DNA of 64,000 nucleotides from Smithellaceae bacterium (GTDB lineage Bacteria > Desulfobacterota > Syntrophia > Syntrophales > Smithellaceae). A program made the translations under genes and the position numbers. Below are positions 1 through 8,060 of the stretch, one piece after another. The stretch spans positions 768,001-832,000 of the forward strand of contig CAXXVL010000002.1 of the NCBI GenBank assembly GCA_963667845.2, given 5' to 3'. Every line of letters begins with the position of its first letter. The first letter of the stretch is position 1. The notes below the pieces were generated by a model. The model was not told the DNA's origin and did no database searches. It was given only the letters and a program-made list of their open reading frames with translations.

Positions 1-237
1 ATTCAAATTATCCACCCACTTGGAATATTGTTGTTCGATGGGGGATAGGCCTTCATTTTTAGCTGTATCAGGCGCATCTTCTTTGGCGTACGCGGGTAAA
101 GCCGGCCGGAAACCGGCTTTGATCAACGTTTCACGAATAACGAGCGCTCCCAAATCCTTTGCGGAAACGTCTTTCAGGGAGCCACCGAAAGCTCCGACAG
201 CGGTCCGCGCATTGCTGACAATGACTGCATTTGACAT
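1..237 (-). CDS. Acetyl-CoA acetyltransferase (thiolase), 5' part; runs off the window edge
   Basis: Not in the ORF track. Manual translation gives MSNAVIVSNARTAVGAFGGSLKDVSAKDLGALVIRETL, a classic thiolase N-terminus. RBS AAGGAGGT lies just upstream. Confidence 0.9.
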   Translation of the reverse strand, partial: MSNAVIVSNARTAVGAFGGSLKDVSAKDLGALVIRETLIKAGFRPALPAYAKEDAPDTAKNEGLSPIEQQYSKWVDNLN

Positions 238-279
238 ATTGTTACTACCTCCTTGATCTCAATTCTATTGATATTACTT

Positions 280-297
280 ATGTCATTCACATGACAT
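280..297. promoter_or_regulatory. Palindrome ATGTCA-N6-TGACAT, candidate repressor operator
   Basis: Perfect 6-bp inverted repeat about 45 bp upstream of the thiolase start, in AT-rich DNA. Confidence 0.4.
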
Positions 298-534
298 TTT
301 CGAAATTTAAAAGTCCGAAAGATCGACTAATGTATTAAATTTGCGGAGAGTATTTCATAAACGGGACGTTAAGGCAAGAATGATTTGACCTTTGCACCGG
401 TGTTAAAAACGTCTTCGCAAGAAAGGCTGTCTCACCATGGGCCATACGCATCAGCAAATCAAAATACCGGGGTTTGATCCGGCCACTGAAGCTTTTGGGC
501 ATGGTCCCAAGGATCGGGGACAATATAATATCCT

Positions 535-619
535 TGCAGAAGGTAATGAGGCCGCCGGGTTTGGCGCATATCTCCCGAACGCATATTAGGATTGCTTTAC
601 GGCCTCATTACCTTCGGCA
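535..619. repeat. 20-bp inverted repeat (19/20 match) with a 45-nt loop spanning a stop codon
   Basis: tgcagaaggtaatgaggccg (535-554) pairs with cggcctcattaccttcggca (600-619). Confidence 0.8.
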
Positions 620-2508
620 GTTTCCTCAGAAAGATTGAACCGCAAGACCAACGTGTCGTCTTCAAACGTCCGGATCGTTCTGATTTTCGCTTTTTCAAAG
701 ACTTTCAGCATGGCATCGTTGCGCGGCAGAACATACGCAATAAACGCTTTGACCCCCCGGTCGCGTGCGATTTTGATCAAATAATTAAATAGGAAGGAGG
801 CAACGCCCTTGCCCTGAAATTCCTCATCGACGATAAAAGCGACTTCGTAAGCATCGGCACGTTCATCAAACGCGTAGCGGGCCTCGCCAATGATTCGTTC
901 GTTGCGCCCTTTTTCCACGATGGCCACAATCGACAGGACTTCCTTATAGTCGATGCTGGCGTATTTTTGCATTTCCTTGTGGGGCATCACCGGTTTCGGG
1001 GCAAAATAGCGGAAGTATTTAGCCTCATCGGAGAAGTTGTAGAATAGACGACGCATCATGTCTTCGTCCGAAGGCTTGATCGGACGGATTTTAACTTCCA
1101 ACCCGTCTTTCAATGACTTGCGCGTCTCCAGGAGCGCCGGGTAGTTGGCTGCATGGCGGGCCACGTAAATCTGATCCGGGTAAAGATAATTAAGCGCCTT
1201 AGCCTGCTCCAGGAGGCGCTCCCGGTGGTCGGGGTGAGCAATGTCGATCATGGCCAGCGCGCGTTCGCGGATGGACTTGCCAAACAAATTGGCCACGCCG
1301 TATTCGGTGACGATGTATTTGACGACACCCAGTGTGCTGTGCGGATTTTCGACGTCGCAGTCATGCTTGATCACGATATTGCTGTTGCCCTGTTTATCGA
1401 CCGAATTGAGCGCCACAATCGCTTTGCCTTTCCGGGAAATGGTCGCCGCCACGGAGAAGTTCAGTTTGCCTTCATAACCGGAAAGAAGATTGTCGCCCGA
1501 GTGAAAGATCACCGACTCCCCGGAGATATCGATTTTTTTGACGTTCATGATACCGATGAGACTTTTAATTCGTCGCACAACAAAGGGATTGCTGAGCTGA
1601 GCGATTGGGAAAAACTCGAAAACGGGATTCCGGTCGACGTAATCATACAGCGCCCTGCTGCCGTAACAGTAACTCCCGGTGATGAGCCCCCCGGAGTAAC
1701 GGTTGCGATCCAGTGAAATGGCGCCGGATTCGACAAGCGTCATCGCCCAGTCGGAAATAACATGTGTTAATATCCCCAGCCTTTTTTTGTTCTTCAAATG
1801 ATCCGCCACCGCGTTAAAGATCCGGCCCGCGTGCAGAACAATCGTTGATCCGTCTTCAATCAGATTGGAGATGTTCCAGCCGATGCGATCCATAATTTCA
1901 TCGTAGGGTTTGTTTTCTCGTTCGATGAGCGGCAAATCGCTTTCCACAATGAAATCGACGCTGCTCACGTGAACCATCGTTTCACCGTGGGTGACCGGCA
2001 CATGCGGATTCACTTCGGCAATGACCAGCGCGGCCTGCTTGATCACAATGCTGGCGACATCCACGGCCACTCCGAGTGACATAAATCCCTTTTCATCCGG
2101 GACGGAAGTCTGAATGATCGCCACATCGACGCCGACCGCTCCGGAGAGAAAAATGTAGGGAAGCTCCATGAGGTTGGCGGGAATGAAATCAATTTTGCCT
2201 TCAGCAAACGCCTTGCTGATGCTTTCGCCGACATTAAAGGTCTTTAGACGATACTGCCGCGCATTGGCGAGCGACAAGTAATCACCCAGTGTAATGAGCT
2301 GGATGATTTCCAGATCCCGGATATTGCGGGCTTCGGATTGAGTGATAGCCGCAAGCGTTTTACCGGGCGCCGCCGGGCCGCTGGAGACGAATATTTTTTG
2401 TCCAGGTTTTATTTTCTCCAGTAATTGATCCGTGCTGATCACCCTGGCACGGCAATCCAGACGAGACGTCCTTGAATCCTTTTCCATATTACGACCTTGC
2501 TTTACCAT
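586..2508 (-). CDS. Acetyl-CoA hydrolase/CoA-transferase-fold domain fused to a C-terminal GNAT acetyltransferase
   Basis: N-terminal motifs VDVAIIQTSVPDEKGFMSLGVAVD, IAEVNPHVP and IVTEYGVANLFGKSIRERALAMIDIAHPDHR. C-terminal IRPIKPSDE...EVAFIVDEEFQGKGVA. Alternative start at 2487. Confidence 0.88.
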   Translation of the reverse strand: MVKQGRNMEKDSRTSRLDCRARVISTDQLLEKIKPGQKIFVSSGPAAPGKTLAAITQSEARNIRDLEIIQLITLGDYLSLANARQYRLKTFNVGESISKAFAEGKIDFIPANLMELPYIFLSGAVGVDVAIIQTSVPDEKGFMSLGVAVDVASIVIKQAALVIAEVNPHVPVTHGETMVHVSSVDFIVESDLPLIERENKPYDEIMDRIGWNISNLIEDGSTIVLHAGRIFNAVADHLKNKKRLGILTHVISDWAMTLVESGAISLDRNRYSGGLITGSYCYGSRALYDYVDRNPVFEFFPIAQLSNPFVVRRIKSLIGIMNVKKIDISGESVIFHSGDNLLSGYEGKLNFSVAATISRKGKAIVALNSVDKQGNSNIVIKHDCDVENPHSTLGVVKYIVTEYGVANLFGKSIRERALAMIDIAHPDHRERLLEQAKALNYLYPDQIYVARHAANYPALLETRKSLKDGLEVKIRPIKPSDEDMMRRLFYNFSDEAKYFRYFAPKPVMPHKEMQKYASIDYKEVLSIVAIVEKGRNERIIGEARYAFDERADAYEVAFIVDEEFQGKGVASFLFNYLIKIARDRGVKAFIAYVLPRNDAMLKVFEKAKIRTIRTFEDDTLVLRFNLSEETAEGNEAVKQS

Positions 2509-2819
2509 TCTGAATTACTAATTTATGATTATGGTCATTAGCTGTTTCCGCAGGTTCTATTGTGATATTACACGGGACGGGAGATACTTGCAAACAATTA
2601 TCATTCAAAGTGATCAGACGAGGCTAAATTCAGCATCAAGGCCTCCGAGCGGCTCGGTCGTTTCGTGGGGACCGCGACGGGCGCCTTACTTCGAGATGTG
2701 TGACGCACGACACTAACTCGGCTAAACTTCATTGCAAAAAATGCCGAAATATATGAAAATACAGGCATCGAAACTGAAATCGACAGGATTCGTCATTTGA
2801 AAAGGGAGAACATTGCCCC

Positions 2820-5800
2820 ATGATTGAGAAGAGCAATCGACAGTATATCGAAGAAATCAAGTCGCTACGCCGGCAGATGGCATATTCCGAGCAGTTAAAA
2901 GATCAATATCAGGAAACGATTGCGAAGCTTACGGAGAATGAAAAACTTTACCGCGATCTGGCTGAAAATGATCCTGATTGGACCTTCTGGCTGAATGCCG
3001 ATGACCGCCTCATCTATGTCTCTTCCTCCTGCCGACGGCTTACCGGTTATGACCCGGAAGACTTTAAGAAAGACGCGAAGCTCCTGTTTAAAGTCATTCA
3101 CCCGGACGACCGGACGGCGTTTGATGAACATGTCCGTTTTATGCATAAGGCAAAATCTCATGTGGAAGAGGAATTCCGTATCGTTCGGAAAGACAGGAAA
3201 ACCCGTTGGATCAGTCACATCTGTCAGCCCGTTTATGACGCGGACGGACAATATGCAGGCATCCTTTGCAGTGATCGTGACATCACAGAGAGCAAGGATA
3301 CGGGTAATGTGTCCCAGGAAGGTGAAAAACTCTATCGCCTGGTGGCCGAAAATATGAGCGACGTGATCTGGATGATGGACGTATCTCTTCAGCCGACATA
3401 CATCAGCCCTTCCGTCGAGCGGCTACGCGGATTTTCGCCGGAGGAGGCGGTGGAGCAAAACCTTAGGGAGGCCTTGGCACCCGCATCCCTTCAACATTTC
3501 AACGAAATCTGGCTCGCGGAAATAGCACAGGAGCGATCAGGCAAAACCTTGCGCAATCGACCTTTGACGCTTCAGCTCGAATTTCAATGTAAAGACGGGT
3601 CGACGGTCTGGACCGAAACCGAGATTACCCCACTGCGGAATGAAGAAAAAAAGATGGTCGAAATTCTTGGTGTCAGCCGGAATATTACGAAAGCCAAACA
3701 AACCCTGGCAAACCTTAGTGCCTGTGAAGAAAAGCTGCGTAAAGGAGAAAATCAATTACAGGCACTTCTGAATGCCTCAACGGAAAGCTTTTTTGTGATC
3801 GATACCGACGGTAATATTCAGTTAGCCAATGAGGTAACAGCCCGCCGTCTGGGTACGGATCTGGAAACACTGCTGAAAAAGGGAAACATTAACGACTTTA
3901 TCTCTCCGGAGGTGGGGGTCAAACGCAGACTCCTTGTTCTGCAAGCTCAAAAGACAGGCAAACCCGTTCATTTTCAGGATGAACTCAACGACAAAGTGAT
4001 GTCCAACTCCGTTTACCCCATCCTGGAGGAAGAGGGCAAAGTAAACCAATTGGCCGTCTTCAGCATGGATATTACGGATCGCAAAGCTGCCGAGTCCGCT
4101 GATCAGGCGAGCCGGTTAAAGCAGGCCGAAGCCGAACGGTTGCTGCATTTGATCATTAATGCCCTGCCGGCAAGAATTTATTGGAAAGATAAACAGTCGA
4201 ATTATCTTGGCGCAAATCGACCATTCGCAAAGGATGCCGGGCGTGAGAAGCCCGAAGACCTCATCGGAGATGTTGATCAAAATCTGAGCTGGAGTGGACA
4301 GGCTGACGTTATTCGTGAAGACGACGTGTCTGTAATGAGCGGACGATCCAAAATCAATTGTGAAGAATTACAGACAATGCCCGATGGACGTGAACGCTGG
4401 TTAAATACGACCAAGATCCCTTTGACAGATACAGACGGCCGGGCGATCGGTGTTTTAGGACTTTACGAAGACATCACCGAGCAAAAAAGAGTTGAAGAGG
4501 AACTCGCGGTACGCGCCAACCGCATCCTCCAACTCGAAAACCAGATCCATCAACTCAAAAGGCAGATCCATCAAAGCGAAAGCCAGATGCAGCATAACGA
4601 AAATCAGATGCAGGCGCTCCTCGATGCAACAACCGAAAGCATTTTTCTGACGGATGCCGAAGGCAGGGTTCTCTGTGCCAATGAGACGACTGCCCGGCGA
4701 CTCAACACGGATCTCACCGCCCTGCTTTCCGGTCGCACAATGTATGATTTCGTCAGCCCGGCAATAAGAGAGACGCAACGAAAATTCGTTGCGGAGGCTC
4801 TAAAAACAGGTCAACCAGTGCGGTTTGAAGAAGAACGATCGGATGGAACCATCCTAAATTCTCTCTACCCTATCAGAAGAGAAGGCGGTCATGTCACGCA
4901 ATTGGCCTTTTTCGGCATCGACATTTCCGAACAAAAGACAGCCATGGAAGCGTTGGCCGAAAGTGAAAAGCGTTACCGAAGCCTGTTCGAAAACAACCGG
5001 ATGGCCATGCTGTTGATCGATCCCGAGAGCGGAGCAATCCTGGATGCGAATGCTGCCGCTTCCGCATTCTACGGTTGGAGTAGAGAAGAATTGGTGCGGA
5101 AGAAAATATCAAATATCGATACACTGCCTGCAAAAGAGATAAGCAGAAAGATGAGACTGGCGGTGGCGCGGGAAAGCAATCATGTTTTTTTCAAACATAA
5201 GCGGGCAGACGGTTCTCTAAGAGATGTGGAAGTCTTCAACAGCGTCCTGCAGTTCCGCGGCAAGTCCGTCATCTGCGCGATGATTTACGACATCACGGAT
5301 CGAATCCAGATGAAGGACGCCCTGCAGCAGTCGGAGAAACTCGACTCTCTGAGCATTCTGGCCGGCGGCATCGCTCATGATTTCAACAATCTGATGACGA
5401 TCGTCCAGGGGAATATCGACGTGGCTCTCTTTGGCCTGCCAGAAGAAGAAAACGCTCGTCAAAGCCTGCAGATGGCACAGGAAGCCGTGGAAAAAACGAG
5501 GGACATTACCAATCGGCTCATCACCTTTTCTCGTGGAGGAACGCCGGTCTTCAAGATTTGCCGGATAGAAAACTTGCTTCGCGAGTCAACAAAGATTGCT
5601 CTACAATCGTCGCAGGTCCAACTGGACATGGATATACCTGGTGAACTTTGGCCCGCTGAAGTGGATCCCCTTCAGATCAGGCAGTGCTTCAGCCACCTCA
5701 TAGATAATGCCAGAGAAGCAATGCCGGACGGCGGAACTCTGACCATTCACGCCGAAAACGCCGATATTACAGATGCAGACGCCCTGCCTCTTGCCGAGGG

Positions 5801-6455
5801 GCCATATCTTAAGATTACTTTTGAAGACAGCGGCTCGGGCATTCCCGCTGAACATATCGCCAGAATTTTTGATCCGTATTACTCTACTAAACCGATGGGC
5901 AAAGATAAAAGTATAGGCCTGGGCCTGGCAGTCTGTCATTCTGTTTTAAAGAAACACGGTGGATACATCACCGTAAATTCGGCAGAAGGCTGCGGAGCGA
6001 TGTTCAGTTTGTATCTTCCGGCTCAACCAGGAAGTATCGTAGACGAAGTGCCGCCGGTTGTCGAACAGGCACCTGCTTTGAAACGGATTCTGATTATGGA
6101 TGATAATGAAGACATCCGTAAGATTCTTCAGATCTATATGGAGAAGCTGGGATTCGCTGTTACCGGCGTGGCCAGCGGCCAGGAGGTCATCCGCCTTTAC
6201 CAGGAAGCGAGGGAAGCCGATGAAGCCTTCAACGCCGTCTTTATGGAAATTTCCGTTAAGCAAGGCTTGGGTGGTGATGCTGCCCTCGCCAAACTCAAAA
6301 ATATTGACCCGGATGTCAAAGCCGTTGCCATCTTGTCCGAATTTGGCGATTCTCAAATTCAGGACTTCTTGGATCATGGGTTTCATGATGTCCTGGGTAA
6401 ACCGTTCCGTCTCGAGGACATGAAGAAAATTCTGAAAAGCCTTTTGGAATCCTGA
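2820..6455 (+). CDS. Cytoplasmic multi-PAS hybrid sensor histidine kinase (about 6 PAS/PAC, HisKA, HATPase_c, receiver)
   Basis: Repeated PAS/PAC ends (DIT..K), H-box GGIAHDFNNL, N-box LIDNAREAM, G-boxes DSGSGI and GLGL, receiver ILIMDD...KPF. No transmembrane helix seen. Confidence 0.93.
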   Translation: MIEKSNRQYIEEIKSLRRQMAYSEQLKDQYQETIAKLTENEKLYRDLAENDPDWTFWLNADDRLIYVSSSCRRLTGYDPEDFKKDAKLLFKVIHPDDRTAFDEHVRFMHKAKSHVEEEFRIVRKDRKTRWISHICQPVYDADGQYAGILCSDRDITESKDTGNVSQEGEKLYRLVAENMSDVIWMMDVSLQPTYISPSVERLRGFSPEEAVEQNLREALAPASLQHFNEIWLAEIAQERSGKTLRNRPLTLQLEFQCKDGSTVWTETEITPLRNEEKKMVEILGVSRNITKAKQTLANLSACEEKLRKGENQLQALLNASTESFFVIDTDGNIQLANEVTARRLGTDLETLLKKGNINDFISPEVGVKRRLLVLQAQKTGKPVHFQDELNDKVMSNSVYPILEEEGKVNQLAVFSMDITDRKAAESADQASRLKQAEAERLLHLIINALPARIYWKDKQSNYLGANRPFAKDAGREKPEDLIGDVDQNLSWSGQADVIREDDVSVMSGRSKINCEELQTMPDGRERWLNTTKIPLTDTDGRAIGVLGLYEDITEQKRVEEELAVRANRILQLENQIHQLKRQIHQSESQMQHNENQMQALLDATTESIFLTDAEGRVLCANETTARRLNTDLTALLSGRTMYDFVSPAIRETQRKFVAEALKTGQPVRFEEERSDGTILNSLYPIRREGGHVTQLAFFGIDISEQKTAMEALAESEKRYRSLFENNRMAMLLIDPESGAILDANAAASAFYGWSREELVRKKISNIDTLPAKEISRKMRLAVARESNHVFFKHKRADGSLRDVEVFNSVLQFRGKSVICAMIYDITDRIQMKDALQQSEKLDSLSILAGGIAHDFNNLMTIVQGNIDVALFGLPEEENARQSLQMAQEAVEKTRDITNRLITFSRGGTPVFKICRIENLLRESTKIALQSSQVQLDMDIPGELWPAEVDPLQIRQCFSHLIDNAREAMPDGGTLTIHAENADITDADALPLAEGPYLKITFEDSGSGIPAEHIARIFDPYYSTKPMGKDKSIGLGLAVCHSVLKKHGGYITVNSAEGCGAMFSLYLPAQPGSIVDEVPPVVEQAPALKRILIMDDNEDIRKILQIYMEKLGFAVTGVASGQEVIRLYQEAREADEAFNAVFMEISVKQGLGGDAALAKLKNIDPDVKAVAILSEFGDSQIQDFLDHGFHDVLGKPFRLEDMKKILKSLLES
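4521..4613 (+). repeat. Degenerate 21-bp tandem repeat (about 4.5 units) encoding coiled-coil heptads
   Basis: Units cgcatcctccaactcgaaaac / cagatccatcaactcaaaagg / cagatccatcaaagcgaaagc / cagatgcagcataacgaaaat / cagatgcag. Confidence 0.75.
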
Positions 6456-6491
6456 CAGGCATCCGCAGGAATAACCCGGACAGACTTCCGC

Positions 6492-6521
6492 TTGACAAGG
6501 TTCCACCATCATCAGTATAAA
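6492..6521 (+). promoter_or_regulatory. Sigma70-type promoter for the carboxylase operon
   Basis: TTGACA-N18-TATAAA about 60 bp before the start codon. Confidence 0.55.
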
Positions 6522-6582
6522 GCCGGTTCGAAGTGAAGGTGTTTTACGCCAGAGCAGGTCCAACACCGAAAGGGAAAGTATT

Positions 6583-8031
6583 TTGAAAAAAATCCGGAAA
6601 ATATTAGTGGCGAACCGCGGTGAAATCGCTTTAAGAATTATTCGCACGGCAAAAGAAATGGGGCTCGACACGGCTGCCATCTATGAGAAACCGGACAGTG
6701 AAGCTTATTTCCTGCGTTTCGCCGACCAGGCCATTTTGATCGGCGACGGGCCCCGCAAAGATTATCTGAATATCGATAAGATCATTTGGGCAGCGCAGAA
6801 ATCCGGAGCAGATGCCATTCATCCCGGCTATGGCTTTTTATCGGAAAATCCGGACCTGGCCACAGCCTGCGAAGAGGCCGGGTTCACCTTTATCGGGCCT
6901 CCGCCCAAGGTCATCAGCGACTTGGGCAACAAGGTCGTCGCCCGCAGCATCATGGAAAAAGCCTCCATCCCTTTTGTGCCGGGAACTGGTGTCCTCTCCG
7001 AAGGCGAGGATGGTATCCGTGAAGCACTGGCCTTTGGCGCAAAGTATGGCTACCCCATCATGTTCAAAGCCTTGGCCGGCGGCGGCGGTCGCGGCATCCG
7101 TAAGATCACAGGTGAAGAAGACTTGCGGGTACAATTGCCGCAGGCCCGCTCGGAAGCACGTTCCGCATTCAACGACGACCGCATCTACATTGAAAAGGCC
7201 GTGGAATCGCCCCGGCATATCGAAGTCCAGATTCTGGCCGACGCATACGGCAACGTCATGCATCTCGGAACGAGAGATTGTTCCATCCAGAGGCGCCATC
7301 AGAAACTACTGGAAATCGCCCCCGCGGATCTGCCGCCTTCCGTCTTGGACGCGATGCATCAGACGGCCATTCGCGCCGCCAGTAAGGCCGGCTATGTAAA
7401 CGCCGGCACGGTGGAGTTCCTGGTGGACCCGCAAACCAATGAATTTTGGTTCATGGAAGTGAACACCCGCCTCCAGGTGGAGCACACCGTGACGGAAATC
7501 CTCACGGGCATCGATATTATCCGCCAGCAGATTCTCCTGGCCGAAGGGGGACGGCTGGAAATTCCGGAAGAACGCATCCATCTGGTCGGCAAGGCCATTC
7601 AGGTCCGGATCAATGCCGAAGACCCGAAAAACAACTTTATGCCGGAAGGCGGCAAACGCGTGGAAGTCTACCAGTCGCCCGGTGGTCCGGAGATCCGCCT
7701 CGACGGCATTGTCTATCAGGGCTACAAGATACCCACCGATTACGATTCCCTCCTCGTGAAACTGACGGTGCGCGGCTATTCCTGGGAGCAAACCATTCAA
7801 CGCCTGAAGCGGGCGCTCCGGGATTTCTTAATTGTCGGCCCGAAAACCACGATTCCATTTTATCTTTCCATTTGCGATGAAAAAGATTTTCGCAGTGGTC
7901 AATTCACGACCAGCTATCTCGATCTGCACCCCGAAATATTTGACTATCCCGAAACGGAGCGGGAAATCGCCAGGCTATCCAAACTCATCGCGGAAATCCA
8001 CTCGCTGAAAATCAATCCCTACGCCTACTGA
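6583..8031 (+). CDS. pycA: Biotin carboxylase subunit (pyruvate carboxylase subunit A-like)
   Basis: KILVANRGEIA, IHPGYGFLSEN, GGGGRG, RDCSIQRRHQK, FMEVNTRLQVEH. TTG start. Confidence 0.85.
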   Translation: MKKIRKILVANRGEIALRIIRTAKEMGLDTAAIYEKPDSEAYFLRFADQAILIGDGPRKDYLNIDKIIWAAQKSGADAIHPGYGFLSENPDLATACEEAGFTFIGPPPKVISDLGNKVVARSIMEKASIPFVPGTGVLSEGEDGIREALAFGAKYGYPIMFKALAGGGGRGIRKITGEEDLRVQLPQARSEARSAFNDDRIYIEKAVESPRHIEVQILADAYGNVMHLGTRDCSIQRRHQKLLEIAPADLPPSVLDAMHQTAIRAASKAGYVNAGTVEFLVDPQTNEFWFMEVNTRLQVEHTVTEILTGIDIIRQQILLAEGGRLEIPEERIHLVGKAIQVRINAEDPKNNFMPEGGKRVEVYQSPGGPEIRLDGIVYQGYKIPTDYDSLLVKLTVRGYSWEQTIQRLKRALRDFLIVGPKTTIPFYLSICDEKDFRSGQFTTSYLDLHPEIFDYPETEREIARLSKLIAEIHSLKINPYAY

Positions 8032-8060
8032 CAGAAAAAGCGCCAAGGAGAAACTGTTTT

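Noticed and set aside
2620..2819. GC-rich stretch upstream of the kinase with faint resemblance to a Moco/Tuco riboswitch (CUCCGAG...GAAAAGGGAG)
   Set aside because: Internal conserved elements are not recognisable and the downstream gene is unrelated to Mo/W. An Infernal search would settle it.
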